64,000 bases of DNA. It comes from Longimicrobiales bacterium (GTDB taxonomy: Bacteria; Gemmatimonadota; Gemmatimonadetes; Longimicrobiales; Gaopeijiaceae). Shown here piece after piece: positions 19,985-31,136 of the stretch. The position numbers and the translations under genes are program-made. Below the pieces are notes generated by a model, which saw nothing but the letters and a program-made list of their open reading frames with translations, had not been told where the DNA came from and searched no databases. The stretch is from assembly GCA_965226375.1 (NCBI GenBank), contig CBDDCX010000008.1, forward strand, positions 1,504,001-1,568,000, written 5' to 3'. The first letter of the stretch is position 1, and each line of letters begins with the position of its first letter.

Positions 19985-21612
19985 ATGAACGGCAGATACA
20001 ACGTTCCCCGCCCCACTAACGATCCCGTCCGAAGCTACGCGCCCGGCACTCCCGAGCGCGATTCCATCAAGTCCAGACTGGTCGCCATCGCCGCCGAGCA
20101 AGTCGAGATTCCTCTCATCATCGGCGGGCAGGAGATCCGCACCGGCACCATGGCGGATGCGGTCATGCCTCACCGGCACTCGCACGTACTGGGGACCTGC
20201 CACCGAGCGGGGACGGACGAGATCAAGCAGGCGATCAAGGCGTCGACGGATGCTCAGCACGAATGGTCGTCCACTCCTTGGGAGGACCGCGCTTCGATCT
20301 TCCTGACGGCGGCCGAGCTTCTGGCCACCACGTGGCGTGACACACTGAACGCCGCCACGATGCTAGACCAGAGTAAGACGGTGCATCAGGCCGAAGTCGA
20401 CGCGGCGTGTGAGTTGGTGGACTTCTTGCGGTTCAACGTCCACTTCGCCCAGCAGATCTACGAGGGACAGCCCATCTCCAGCGAGGGTATGTGGAACCGC
20501 ACGGAGTATCGCTCGCTGGAGGGTTTCATCTACGCCGTATCGCCGTTCAACTTCACGGCCATCGGCGGCAACTTGTCGTCCGCCCCGGCCATCATGGGCA
20601 ACACCATCCTGTGGAAGCCGTCCAGCGCAGCACTCCTGAGCAGTTATTACGTAATGCGACTCTTCGAGGCGGCGGGACTCCCCCCCGGAGTCATCAACTT
20701 CGTGCCCGGCCCTCCGGCCGAGATCACGGAGCTCGTGCTGAGTAGCCCGCACTTTGCTGGAGCCCACTTCACCGGCTCGACTGCTGTGTTCCAGGGCCTC
20801 TGGAAGACGGTGGGCGAGCGCATCGCCGGCTATCGTTCCTATCCTCGGCTGGTCGGAGAGACCGGCGGCAAGGACTTCATCGTTACCCACCCGAGCGCTG
20901 ATGTGGATGCGCTCAAGACCGCCATCGTGCGAGGCTCCTTCGAGTACCAGGGACAAAAGTGCAGCGCGGCGTCGCGTGCCTACGTGCCGGAGAGCATCTG
21001 GAAGCAGCTGAAGGAACCGCTTGTCGAGGAAACCAACGCCCTCACCATGGGCGAACCCACGGACTTCCGGAACTTCATGGGAGCCGTGATTCACGAATCT
21101 GCTTTCGAGAAGATCACCGGGTATATCGATCGAGCGGCGGCCAGCTCCGACGCCGACATCATCGCCGGTGGGCAATACGACGGCTCGGAGGGCTACTTCA
21201 TCCGGCCGACCATAATCCTGTCCCACAAGCCGGACTACGAGTCCATGTGTGACGAGATCTTCGGACCCGTGATCACCATTTATGTGTACCCGGACGCCGA
21301 GTGGACCGAGATGCTGTCACTGGTGGAGTCCACCTCGCCCTATGCGCTCACGGGGGCGGTCTTCAGCCAGGATCGTGCCGCGCTCCGCCAAGCTCGCGAG
21401 ATTCTCCGGTTCACGGCAGGCAATTTCTACATCAACGACAAGCCCACCGGAGCGGTGGTAGGCCAACAGCCCTTCGGTGGAGCTCGGGCCAGCGGAACGA
21501 ACGACAAGGCCGGCTCGGTCCTCAACCTCTTGAGGTGGACCTCGGCCAGAGTATCAAAGAGACGTTCGTGCCGCCAACCGACTATCGCTATCCGTTTATG
21601 GACGCCGAATAG
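19985..21612 (+). CDS. pruA: 1-pyrroline-5-carboxylate (glutamate semialdehyde) dehydrogenase, frameshifted near the 3' end
   Basis: SPFNFTAI, FTGST, GETGGK, FEYQGQKCSA, QQPFGGARASGTNDK; conserved tail SIKETFVPPTDYRYPFM is in another frame from ~21550. Confidence 0.92.
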
Positions 21613-21661
21613 GGCTGTGCATGCCCCCTGGGGGCCATCCCTCAGGGGTCTCTCTTCGTTT

Positions 21662-22249
21662 CTAACCGCCCAGACCACCGAGGAGCGTGCTCAGGGCGTG
21701 GTACCCGCCACCGCCCGGAGCCGCGAACACAACCCGCCTCGTGACCAGATCCCCCAAAGCCTCACGGTGGTGCGCACCCGGTAACACGTCGGCTACATCG
21801 GCAGGCTCGATGCGGCCGTGGTCCTCCAGAACCGACCATGCGTGAGCCTCGTCCTCCGTCCGGGTCCCGAGCAGCTCGAATCGACCACCCACCTCCGCGA
21901 CGGCCGCCAAGGACTGCCTGTGGAGCACGGTCTCGATGGGGTCCCGATGGATCTGGCCGACACCCCTGAACACGAACAGGGCGTCGCCTGGCCTGTCCTC
22001 TTCCAGAAAGCGGCGGATGAGCTTGGCCACCACTTCGTCGGCGCACGAGAAGTCGATCACGCTGACCTCGGAAAAGTCGATCAGAGAAAGCGACGTCCGG
22101 CTGCTCTCTGCAACCTGAGCTTCGATGGCCAAACGTACAGCGCGGCCAGTGGGCCTCGTTACGAGGTGAGAATACAGCGACGCAAACGAGCGCTGTAACA
22201 GCACACCCACATCGATGGCGATGGGATCGACCTGGAACTCATGCCTCAT
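21662..22249 (-). CDS. hypothetical protein with STAS-like domain
   Basis: LVTRPTGRAVR..IDFSEVSVIDFSCADEVV; overlaps the upstream HATPase gene. Confidence 0.65.
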   Translation of the reverse strand: MRHEFQVDPIAIDVGVLLQRSFASLYSHLVTRPTGRAVRLAIEAQVAESSRTSLSLIDFSEVSVIDFSCADEVVAKLIRRFLEEDRPGDALFVFRGVGQIHRDPIETVLHRQSLAAVAEVGGRFELLGTRTEDEAHAWSVLEDHGRIEPADVADVLPGAHHREALGDLVTRRVVFAAPGGGGYHALSTLLGGLGG

Positions 22250-23132
22250 CGGCGATGCGCTCCGGAAGAATGATGTTGATCTGCGTTCCCGGGAACTCGG
22301 GCAAACCCTCTTCCAGGGGCGGGGAATCGAACCACTCGGGCACGTCGGCTATGCGCGCCGTGCCGCTGCGGATGGAGATGAGCCCGTCCCAGCGCCGGAC
22401 CTGCTTCCGGATCTGCTGAATTCCCTGCCCTCTGCCGGAATCGGGAAAGCGCGTCAGGCCATGGATGAACGCAGCCTCGAGTGCCGTGGCGTCACCCCAG
22501 CGATCGGCGAAGCGGGCGGAATGTTCGTCGGCCAGGGAGCCCCTGAAGCCTCGTCCAAGGTCGGATACGGAGATGATTACGACGTGACGCCCCAATCGCT
22601 TGGACCAGTTGTACGACTGTGCCGCCACCCAACCCGCTGCCTCGGCATGCTCGATCACATTCTGACACACCTCGCTGAGGATGACGCTGAATTGAACCAC
22701 GCTGGTCAACGGATAACCCAGAGTCTTCGACAAGATGGCGCCGGCCCGCTTCTGCACCCGATCCACTACTGCGTGAACGTCACTGTTGGTGGTGATGGGT
22801 GTGATCTCGAGTAACACGTCGGACTCCCCCGCCGCACGCCTGTGGGGGATCTTGCCGATGTCGAACACGCCCTCCGCCGCCTGGAAAAATCCCATGCGGT
22901 CCAGGTAACTCTTCACATCCCCGACCTCGGGCAGCTCCAGATGAGGCGGCTCTCCGCTCCGGTCGCGGGCAACGGAACCGGCAGCCAACAAGTTCACCAT
23001 CCCGTTGGGGCCGACCCATCGCAGGTGCCGCCCGTCGAAGAGGGTCTTCTGGCCCCCCGCCTCCACGACCTCGGCCAGTAGGGCGTCGTATGTGTGGAAG
23101 TCCAGAGAGCCTGGAAGTTCGATGACCCTCAT
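22239..23132 (-). CDS. STAS-like + HATPase_c (anti-sigma kinase-like) protein
   Basis: LSEVCQNVIEHA (N box), SDLGRG (G1), GRGQG (G2), PGT; no HisKA domain seen. Confidence 0.75.
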   Translation of the reverse strand: MRVIELPGSLDFHTYDALLAEVVEAGGQKTLFDGRHLRWVGPNGMVNLLAAGSVARDRSGEPPHLELPEVGDVKSYLDRMGFFQAAEGVFDIGKIPHRRAAGESDVLLEITPITTNSDVHAVVDRVQKRAGAILSKTLGYPLTSVVQFSVILSEVCQNVIEHAEAAGWVAAQSYNWSKRLGRHVVIISVSDLGRGFRGSLADEHSARFADRWGDATALEAAFIHGLTRFPDSGRGQGIQQIRKQVRRWDGLISIRSGTARIADVPEWFDSPPLEEGLPEFPGTQINIILPERIADEA

Positions 23133-24130
23133 GCGCCCCTCTGCCCGGAAAGCCGACCCCTCAAGTGCCGATTCAAGCCGCTGGCACCTCGATGTTCCAC
23201 GTTCTTGGATGCCATGCGGTTCGCGTAAGTCATAGCGCCTTGAAGTTCGCTTCCTCCAAGCAGCCGGGCAAAGAAAGTAGCTCCCCAAACGTCACCGCAG
23301 CCAGTGGAGTCACCCTGTAGCTCGCCTGTCTCGGAGAGGGTGCGACCGCTGTGTGCGTGTCCCGGTGCCGCTACCCGATGCCGCGTCTCGGGCCAACACG
23401 CCGGATCACTATCGAACCCGGCTCCCGCCACGTAACCCGCCCCCTTGGAACCCAAAGTGACGGTGATGAGCTTGAGCTCGGGGCCGACCACCTGGGCGGC
23501 GAGCTGCCAGGGATCGCCCATGGCTCGACCCAACAACTCGAACTCCAACTCGTTCATCTGGACGGCGTCGAAAGAGCGGAGCCAGGCTCCCCAGGAGGGA
23601 AGCTCCTGAGGAACCCGTATGCCGCTCCCCCCCACTGCCAGGAAAAGGGAGTGGAGATCGGCATAGGTCGGCCCGCGAAAGGAGCTTCTCAACGCTCGGG
23701 CTGTATCCAGCTCCATCTCGAAACCGGAGATGAAGTTGATGTAGAGAGCGTCGCAGGTGCCTACCAGCGGGCCCAGCTCGGCCCACAACCACGGGGGTAC
23801 TCCGCCCGTTAGCCGTTCGCTGCGACGCTCGTTCCCGGAGTAGATCAGCTCGACCCGGTTGCTGGGCTCCGGCACGACACGAACACCCGTCTCGACGTCC
23901 ATGCGCGGGAAGTCCCGAAGGAATCGCCAAGCCGCTTCCGAGAGGTCCGATCCAATCTTGATGATGGGCACGACCTCCCACTCCGACGGCAGTGCTGCCT
24001 CCAAGGCGGACAACGCATAGCCGATCCCTCCCCACTCCTCGACGGGTTCGCTACGGCCGTCCCTATGTCGAATCGTGTCCCACACGAGGGTCCCAACCAC
24101 CCCGAGACGCTTGGAAGCGACTTCAGACAC
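23129..24130 (-). CDS. PfkB family carbohydrate kinase
   Basis: VGTLVWD, GGIGY, NELE, VTLGSKG, DSTGCGDVWG. Confidence 0.85.
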   Translation of the reverse strand: MSEVASKRLGVVGTLVWDTIRHRDGRSEPVEEWGGIGYALSALEAALPSEWEVVPIIKIGSDLSEAAWRFLRDFPRMDVETGVRVVPEPSNRVELIYSGNERRSERLTGGVPPWLWAELGPLVGTCDALYINFISGFEMELDTARALRSSFRGPTYADLHSLFLAVGGSGIRVPQELPSWGAWLRSFDAVQMNELEFELLGRAMGDPWQLAAQVVGPELKLITVTLGSKGAGYVAGAGFDSDPACWPETRHRVAAPGHAHSGRTLSETGELQGDSTGCGDVWGATFFARLLGGSELQGAMTYANRMASKNVEHRGASGLNRHLRGRLSGQRGA

Positions 24131-25010
24131 TCGTATCCGCCTCCTCGAGCTCCGCAATTCCGAGCCGCGCTCGCACCTCACCGTTCACTCGAATTCGATC
24201 CCGGATGGCCCGGTTTGCGGCAACCACCTCGGGACTGCGATACGGCCTCGGATGCCACAGATGGAGGCAGGGGGCCCGATGGCGAATCTGCCGTCCCGGA
24301 ACTCCCAGGTTGACCAGGCGCTCCCCGAGCGCCCGATCCAGACCGCCATACCCCATATCCATGTCGAACCCGTTCACCGCCAATACGGAGCTCTTCCATG
24401 CAGAAGCGTTATGCCCGTTCCAGGTGGGACGGGTCGGCGTGATGCGGTCGAGGACATACCCCAGCCTCGACGACCGCGTCAAACGGAAGCGTCGACGTCC
24501 TCCTCTCCACCCCCTCGCCTTGAGCCAAGAGCGTCTGAACACACGCCCTGACGTCACGTCCTCGACCGTCATGGTCTCGGAGAGATCGCGCGGAAGCTTC
24601 AGGTATCCACCCGAGAGAAACGTGGAGGGTTGTGCCTTTCGGACATGCACCTCAACAAAGTCCTCGCGCGGGACACAATCACCGTCGGAGAAGATGAGGT
24701 AGTCGCCGGTCGCAGCCACGACGGCCCGATTCAGAATCTCGGTCTTTCGAAATCCGCGATCCTCATGCCACACCCGATGTATCGTGAGGCCGGCCTCGTC
24801 ACGGACCCTGTCGATGACACGGCCCGTCTCCGGCCCCGATCCATCGTCGGCCACGACCACCTCGAAGTCGGCAAAGGTCTGGCGCGCGTAGCCCCAAAGC
24901 GTGAACTCCAGAGCAGCCGGCTGGTCATACGTGGTGAGAATGACTGAAGGGCGGACGCCGGGTTCGGACCGCGAAGGCTCCAGCGTGCGAGCCTCGCCGT
25001 CGACGCTCAC
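24123..25010 (-). CDS. glycosyltransferase family 2
   Basis: SVILTTY, VVADDGS, FSDGD, NGFD..YGGLD. Confidence 0.9.
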   Translation of the reverse strand: MSVDGEARTLEPSRSEPGVRPSVILTTYDQPAALEFTLWGYARQTFADFEVVVADDGSGPETGRVIDRVRDEAGLTIHRVWHEDRGFRKTEILNRAVVAATGDYLIFSDGDCVPREDFVEVHVRKAQPSTFLSGGYLKLPRDLSETMTVEDVTSGRVFRRSWLKARGWRGGRRRFRLTRSSRLGYVLDRITPTRPTWNGHNASAWKSSVLAVNGFDMDMGYGGLDRALGERLVNLGVPGRQIRHRAPCLHLWHPRPYRSPEVVAANRAIRDRIRVNGEVRARLGIAELEEADTSV

Positions 25011-26809
25011 GAGTCGCCGAGCTGGAGGACCGCCAGGAAGGCCTCCTGCGGAATCTCCACCGAACCGACCTGTTTCATCCGCTTCTTTCCGGCCTTCTGC
25101 TTCTCCAGCAGCTTCCTTTTCCGCGTAATGTCACCACCATAACACTTTGCGGTCACGTTCTTGCGGAGGGCCTTCACGTTCGAGCGTGCCACGATCTGCG
25201 TGCCGATGGCGGCCTGCAACGCCACCTCGAACTGCTGACGCGGGATCAGCTTCTTGAGTCGCCGCACCAGATCACGGCCGTATTCAGCAGCCTTCTCTTC
25301 ATGAATGATCACTGAGAACGCGTCCACGGGGTCGTTGTTCACCAGAATGTCGAGCTTGACCAAGTCGTGGGGCCGAAACTCGAGAAACTCGTAGTCGAGA
25401 GCCGCATATCCGCGGGTCCCACCCTTGAGCTTGTCGTAGAAATCCAGGACGATCTCGGCCAAGGGCAACTCGAACTCGATTTCAACTCTCTCGGTATCGA
25501 GGTACTGCATCCCCTTGAAGACGCCGCGTCGGTCGTGGCATAGCTTCTGCACGTTGCCGATGTACTCCGAAGGGCAAACGATGCTGGCAAGCACGATCGG
25601 CTCAGAGACGGTGTTGATGCGGCCGCGCTCCGGAAGGGCCGTGGGATTCTCGATGGTCAACTCGGTACCGTCGGTCAGGCTCACGCGGTATTCCACATTG
25701 GGCACGGTGGTGATGAGATCCACTCCGAACTCACGATCCAGACGCTCCTGGATGATCTCCATATGGAGGAGCCCCAGGAACCCGCAGCGGAAGCCGAAAC
25801 CCAGCGCCACGGACGTCTCGGCGACGTAGTGCAGGCTCGCGTCGTTGAGTTTGAGGCGATCGAGAGCGTCGCGGAGGTTCTCATAGTCGTCCGCGTCGGT
25901 CGGGTAGAGCCCTGCGAAAACCATGGACTGGACGTCCTTGTATCCCTCCAGGAGTTCGTCCGCCCGGTTGTCCGCGTCCAGGACCGTATCTCCGACACGC
26001 GTGTGCCCTACGTCCTTGATGGCCGCGATGACGTATCCAACCTCGCCCGGCATCAGCTCGGTTCGAGGGACGCGCCCTAGACGCATGAAGCCGACTTCCG
26101 TGACTTCATAACTCTGGTCGACGGCTCCGAAGGTGATGGACATCCCCGCCTTCACGACGCCGTCGGCAATCCTCACGTTCGGGACGGCACCCTGATATTG
26201 GTCGTACGAGGAATCGAAGATCAAAGCCCTGAGGGGTGCAGCGGCATCCCCCGCGGGAGCCGGCACCTGATGTACTACTTCTTCCAGTACCGGCTTGATG
26301 CCGAGGCCCTCCTTGGCGCTGACCAGGAGTATTCTCTCGGGCTCGATGCCCAGCAGGTCGGCAAGCTCCTCTTGCCGGCGTTCGGGCTCAGCCCCGGGCA
26401 GGTCGATCTTGTTGATGACCGGGATGACCTCGAGATCGGCCTCCATGGCCAAGAAGAGGTTTGAGAGCGTCTGGGCCTGGATCCCCTGCGTCGCGTCGAC
26501 CACGAGGATCGCACCTTCACAAGCCGCGAGTGACCTCGAGACCTCATACGAAAAGTCGACATGGCCAGGCGTGTCGATGAGGTTCAGGACGTACGCGTCG
26601 CCGTCGTCCGCGCTGTAGTCCATACGAACCGCGTGCAGCTTGATGGTAATGCCCCGCTCGCGTTCCAACTCGTTGGAATCGAGAACTTGCTCCCGCATGT
26701 CACGCTCGTCGAGCGTGTTCGTCTCCTCGAGCAACCGATCGGCCAGTGTCGACTTGCCGTGATCGATATGCGCGATGATGCAGAAGTTACGGATGTGGTC
26801 GAGATCCAC
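25007..26809 (-). CDS. lepA: elongation factor 4
   Basis: [50 protein letters not shown]. Confidence 0.98.
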   Translation of the reverse strand: MDLDHIRNFCIIAHIDHGKSTLADRLLEETNTLDERDMREQVLDSNELERERGITIKLHAVRMDYSADDGDAYVLNLIDTPGHVDFSYEVSRSLAACEGAILVVDATQGIQAQTLSNLFLAMEADLEVIPVINKIDLPGAEPERRQEELADLLGIEPERILLVSAKEGLGIKPVLEEVVHQVPAPAGDAAAPLRALIFDSSYDQYQGAVPNVRIADGVVKAGMSITFGAVDQSYEVTEVGFMRLGRVPRTELMPGEVGYVIAAIKDVGHTRVGDTVLDADNRADELLEGYKDVQSMVFAGLYPTDADDYENLRDALDRLKLNDASLHYVAETSVALGFGFRCGFLGLLHMEIIQERLDREFGVDLITTVPNVEYRVSLTDGTELTIENPTALPERGRINTVSEPIVLASIVCPSEYIGNVQKLCHDRRGVFKGMQYLDTERVEIEFELPLAEIVLDFYDKLKGGTRGYAALDYEFLEFRPHDLVKLDILVNNDPVDAFSVIIHEEKAAEYGRDLVRRLKKLIPRQQFEVALQAAIGTQIVARSNVKALRKNVTAKCYGGDITRKRKLLEKQKAGKKRMKQVGSVEIPQEAFLAVLQLGDS

Positions 26810-26932
26810 TGCGGAAGCAATTCCACCTAGAGGGTCGGGAACTTGAACGCATGAAGATAATCGGCGTGAATCGACCAAAGAAGGCGGGGTGGATCCACCC
26901 CGTCAAAGCTCCGTAGTGCGCGGTGGGATCCC

Positions 26933-28060
26933 CTACCCTCCGGGTCGACGTCGCTCGGCCGGCGGGCGCCTCTTCAGGACCGGCCGCTTCGCCTCCGGTG
27001 GCGCGGCCGGCCGGGCCTTCCGAGTGCCCCGTGGAACCTCCGACCGGGCGGCCGTACCGGGCCGGATCACGGGCGGACGCCCGGGCGGACTCACGCGCGC
27101 CCGACCTTCACCGGACGACGGGTCTCGAAGACTGGTCGGCCGGCGAATCTCAGCCGCCCCCACCCCACCACGCGGGATCGCCTTGCCACGAGCCGGGTTG
27201 GCCGCCCCTGCGGCGTCGGCAGCACCGGCGGTCGGAACACTCCGAACCAACGGCGTTGCCGGCTCACCCCACGCCCGCTCCTTGAAGCCGAAACGCGGAC
27301 CGCTCGGGACGCTCCTACCCACCAAGACCACCTGATCTCCCCCGTAACGTCTCGACGGGTAGAAATACGGATCGCCGTAGACCACGACCCTGAAGTTCGT
27401 GCAGGTATAGCGATACGGGTCCCAGATATCGAGCGGCTTGAAGCCGTGGCAGTCGTAACACAGAAACCGTGGATATTCGTGCACACCTCCTACGCTGTAG
27501 GACACGAAATCGAGGCTGTAGGCGGCAGACTCCCAGTCGGGAACGAGGCGTGCCACGTAGTCGTCCATGGCCATATAGGGGTCTTCGTAGATCCTGTTTC
27601 CCACGACCGACAGATCCCACCCACCATCGTAGTAGGAGTAGCGAAAATCCGAAAAATCGAACGGCGTGGAGGACGTGACGATGAAAAAGGAACCCATGCC
27701 CGAGCGGTCCCCCACATTCCAGTAGGACGACCGGGGCAAGAGCAGTCGGTACTCCCGGTTCGCCCGCGCGTAGTGGTTCTCTTCGGGCGACTGTGGGTAC
27801 ATCAGCCGTACGACCCCGTCCGTGTCAACCTGGAGGATGGCCACATAAGCGGTCACGGTCGAGCGATAGTAGACACGGACCCGGTCACCCCTCTGCAGAA
27901 CCGGATCGACGCCCCGGTCGAACCAGATCTGGGCGGCGGGCACGGGCGGATGATGCCGGTACGTGGCAACCCGATCCAGATCCCATGTCTCCGGGCCCAT
28001 GGCGAGGGCCGAGAGCGCGCTGACAACTCCTGTGATCCACATATGCTCCTCCCTAGGCAT
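26933..28060 (-). CDS. DUF4384-like domain protein with Pro/Arg-rich tail
   Basis: GDRVRVYYR..YVAILQVDTDG.VRLMYP pattern; Tyr-rich centre; start may be 28042. Confidence 0.65.
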   Translation of the reverse strand: MPREEHMWITGVVSALSALAMGPETWDLDRVATYRHHPPVPAAQIWFDRGVDPVLQRGDRVRVYYRSTVTAYVAILQVDTDGVVRLMYPQSPEENHYARANREYRLLLPRSSYWNVGDRSGMGSFFIVTSSTPFDFSDFRYSYYDGGWDLSVVGNRIYEDPYMAMDDYVARLVPDWESAAYSLDFVSYSVGGVHEYPRFLCYDCHGFKPLDIWDPYRYTCTNFRVVVYGDPYFYPSRRYGGDQVVLVGRSVPSGPRFGFKERAWGEPATPLVRSVPTAGAADAAGAANPARGKAIPRGGVGAAEIRRPTSLRDPSSGEGRARVSPPGRPPVIRPGTAARSEVPRGTRKARPAAPPEAKRPVLKRRPPAERRRPGG

Positions 28061-28249
28061 CGATCCCCCACCCTCGGAGTCGGCAGGACTCGTGCCAGCG
28101 CTAAAACCTTGTAGTTAGTGGCGAATCGACCCACCTGGGGCCCCGGAGCGTCCGAAAAAGTGGACGACGATCGACAAAGCACTGGGACACACATCCCAAC
28201 CGTCGGGACTACCCATTGCCTTTCTCCGGCGACCCGTTAGTGTGCCGCC

Positions 28250-29185
28250 ATGCCTGACTTCACGTCCAACGCGCCGAGTCGCCTCCGCTCACGGCCCGAC
28301 TTGATGGATCCACAGACGCTCTCACAGCTGGGGGGCGTGGAACTCATCGCCCGCCAGGTGGTCGAGGGGTTCATCATGGGTCTGCACCGCTCACCACACC
28401 GCGGATTCTCGGCCGAGTTCGCGGAGTTGAGGGCCTATCAACCCGGCGACGATCTACGCCACATCGACTGGCGCATGTTCGGGCGCTCCGATCGCTACTA
28501 CGTAAAACAGTTCGAGGAGGAGACGAATCTGCGAGCCTATATTCTCGTGGACGTGAGCACGTCCATGGGGTGGAGCTCAGAGCCGGATACCCTTCCGACC
28601 AAGCTCTGGTACGCCAAGCACCTGGCCGCCTCCCTCGCGCTGATCCTCTTGCGCCAGGGAGATGCCGTGGGACTGGCGGCGTTCCACGACGAGGTCGTCG
28701 CTCGCGTCCAGCCGCGTGGAGGCCAGCGTTACTGGCATGAGATCCTCCGACGGCTGGCGCCTCTGGAGGCGCAGGGGCTCACGTCGGCCCACTCGGCCCT
28801 ACGGGATATCGCGGTCCGCCTTCGGCGAGCCGGCCTGGTGGTGCTCCTCTCGGACATGCTCGTCGACCCCGAGACGACCCGCACCGCTCTCCGATTCCTG
28901 AGGCATCAGGGACACGAGGTGCTCGTCTTTCATCTGATCGACCCCGGGGAGCGTGAATTACCCGCCGCGGGTGACGCTCGCTTCTACGATCCGGAGACCG
29001 CAGAGGAGCTGAACGTGAACGTGGCCGACGTGCGCTCTGCCTATCGGGACGCCGTAAAGGACGCTCTGGCCGAGTGGGATCGGGGACTTCGACCACACGG
29101 CATCGACTATGTGGTCGTGGGGACCGAAACACCCCTGTCCCGAGCCCTTCGCGTCTATCTGCGAAAGCGGGAGCATCTGGGCTGA
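28250..29185 (+). CDS. DUF58 domain (vWA-like) protein
   Basis: GLHRSPHRGFSAEFAELRAYQPGDDLRHIDW, DVSTSM, LLSD. Confidence 0.92.
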   Translation: MPDFTSNAPSRLRSRPDLMDPQTLSQLGGVELIARQVVEGFIMGLHRSPHRGFSAEFAELRAYQPGDDLRHIDWRMFGRSDRYYVKQFEEETNLRAYILVDVSTSMGWSSEPDTLPTKLWYAKHLAASLALILLRQGDAVGLAAFHDEVVARVQPRGGQRYWHEILRRLAPLEAQGLTSAHSALRDIAVRLRRAGLVVLLSDMLVDPETTRTALRFLRHQGHEVLVFHLIDPGERELPAAGDARFYDPETAEELNVNVADVRSAYRDAVKDALAEWDRGLRPHGIDYVVVGTETPLSRALRVYLRKREHLG

Positions 29186-31134
29186 TGGGTCTTCTCTCAC
29201 CGGTCTTTCTCCTGGCCGGACTCGCGGTGGCGGTGCCGCTGATTCTGCATTTTTTCCACCGCCATGACGCCCGCCGCATGGCCTTTCCTGCGCTTCGCTA
29301 CCTCCTGCGTACCGAAAAGGAGCATGCTCGAACGATTCGGCTGCGCCAGCTCCTGCTCCTCCTGCTTCGGATGGCCGCCATTCTGTTATTGGTCGCGGCC
29401 GGTGCCAGACCTTTTCTCCGTGGTGGCGGTGGGGTGCATGACCCGACCGCCGTGGTCATCGTGCTCGACAACTCGATGAGTTCGGGCCTGATCCGAGGGG
29501 GTGATCGGGTTCTCGACCTTCTCAAGTCCGTGGCCCTGAAGAGCATCGACGGCGCGAGCGACGAGGACCAAGTCTGGCTCGTTCGGGCGGGTCAGCCTTG
29601 GGATGTGGCCATCACCGGCTCGCGCACCCGACTGCGGGAGGCGATCGTCGCCACCGAGGTCACCGGCGCGAAGGGAGACCTCCTGGCGGCTCTCGGAAGG
29701 GCCGGCGGGCTGGTGTCCGGGTCGGAACTGTCGGCGAGGGAGATCCACCTCATCTCCGACATGCAAGCCTCGGCCTTTTCAGGTACCCCTCCCACGTCGG
29801 TGGTCCGAAGCATCCCCGTAATCGTCTTCAACGAGCGTGCCCCGATCCCCCCGAACGCCCACCTCGACAGCGTGGTCATCGGAGGCGGCCTGCCACCGCT
29901 GGCCAACCAGCGCACTCGCCTTTCCGTGCGCGTGTCGGGTCTGGACGATGACGAGGGCGTAGCCGTACGGCTCGTCATCGGGAACCGAATTCGTGGAGCC
30001 GCCACCGCCCGATCCGGTGGATCGACCGTGCTGCCGCTTGGGCCCTTCGCCATCGGTCGAGTGACCGGGTACGTAGAGAGCGATCCGGACGACCTGCGTG
30101 GAGACGACCGTCGGTACTTCACGTTTCAGGTCCGGACACCACCCACGGTAGCCACCACGGGCGCTTCGTCGTTCTTCCTCGACGAGGCGTTCCCGGTCCT
30201 CACGGACGCCGGGCGAATTCGGGTAACCCAGCCGCGTGACGCGGAGGTCCTCGTCAGCGTGGCCGGCGCTGCGGTGACCGACGTGACTGATGCGAGGCGT
30301 GCCACCGTGATCTTGCCACCGGGCGATGTCACCCTCCTCCCGGGCCTCAACAGAACTCTCGCCGCGGCCGGGATTCCGTGGCGATACGACCTTACCGACG
30401 GGCGTGGTGAGGCGGGCGTGACACAATGGACGGGTCCGGTTGACCTGAGCGAAGTCCGAGTATGGTCACACTACCTGCTCACTCCGAACGACGCCGGGCT
30501 CGAGGCGGGCGTCCTCGCACGCCTTTCGTCCGGGGAGCCCTGGCTGGTCCAAGGCACAAACCCGAGAGGCCCCTACCTCCTGTTGGCCTCGGACCTCGAA
30601 CCGGAGTCGACGAATCTGGCTGTGACCGCAGCCATGGTCCCGCTCCTCGAGTGGATCGTGGCGCGCTGGGGAAGCGCCGACGGTGAATCGGAGGGGCTGG
30701 TCGCGGGCGACGCCATACAGACACCGCAAGGAATAACCGCGATCAGGGATCCCGAGGGAGCCATCCACCCGGTGGACGCTACCCAGCCTTTCCGAGCAAC
30801 CCAATGGACCGGGTTGTACGAAGTTCTGCAGGACGACTCCGTCGTGAGCCTCGTGGCCGTGAACGCGCCGCCGTCCGAGTCGGTGCTGACCCCCGTGGAC
30901 TCCGACGAGCTGGAAGCCCTCGTTCCCGGACCCATGACCATGGTATCCGACAGTGCTCGATGGACGCGCTCCCTGTTCTCGACGGGTCAGGGACCCGAGG
31001 TGTGGCGATGGCTGCTCGTCGCCACCGTTCTGGTCCTCCTGGCCGAAAGCCTCGTGGCGGCCTCCGGGCCTGGCGCGACGGGCGCAAGAACGGCTCCTGC
31101 CACTCACGCGCCTCAGGATCCGACACCCGCCTGA
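29185..31134 (+). CDS. BatA-domain/vWA membrane protein
   Basis: N-terminal PLILH..FPALRYL..LLRMAAILLL..ARP, DNSMS MIDAS-like motif, C-terminal TM. Confidence 0.88.
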   Translation: MGLLSPVFLLAGLAVAVPLILHFFHRHDARRMAFPALRYLLRTEKEHARTIRLRQLLLLLLRMAAILLLVAAGARPFLRGGGGVHDPTAVVIVLDNSMSSGLIRGGDRVLDLLKSVALKSIDGASDEDQVWLVRAGQPWDVAITGSRTRLREAIVATEVTGAKGDLLAALGRAGGLVSGSELSAREIHLISDMQASAFSGTPPTSVVRSIPVIVFNERAPIPPNAHLDSVVIGGGLPPLANQRTRLSVRVSGLDDDEGVAVRLVIGNRIRGAATARSGGSTVLPLGPFAIGRVTGYVESDPDDLRGDDRRYFTFQVRTPPTVATTGASSFFLDEAFPVLTDAGRIRVTQPRDAEVLVSVAGAAVTDVTDARRATVILPPGDVTLLPGLNRTLAAAGIPWRYDLTDGRGEAGVTQWTGPVDLSEVRVWSHYLLTPNDAGLEAGVLARLSSGEPWLVQGTNPRGPYLLLASDLEPESTNLAVTAAMVPLLEWIVARWGSADGESEGLVAGDAIQTPQGITAIRDPEGAIHPVDATQPFRATQWTGLYEVLQDDSVVSLVAVNAPPSESVLTPVDSDELEALVPGPMTMVSDSARWTRSLFSTGQGPEVWRWLLVATVLVLLAESLVAASGPGATGARTAPATHAPQDPTPA

Positions 31135-31136
31135 CC

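Noticed and set aside
21613..21784. C-terminal extension of pruA in the ORF track
   Set aside because: Product of the frameshift; it overlaps the convergent gene.
28250..31134. DUF58 + BatA pair as a novel system
   Set aside because: Well-known MoxR-associated genes; the ATPase is probably encoded elsewhere.
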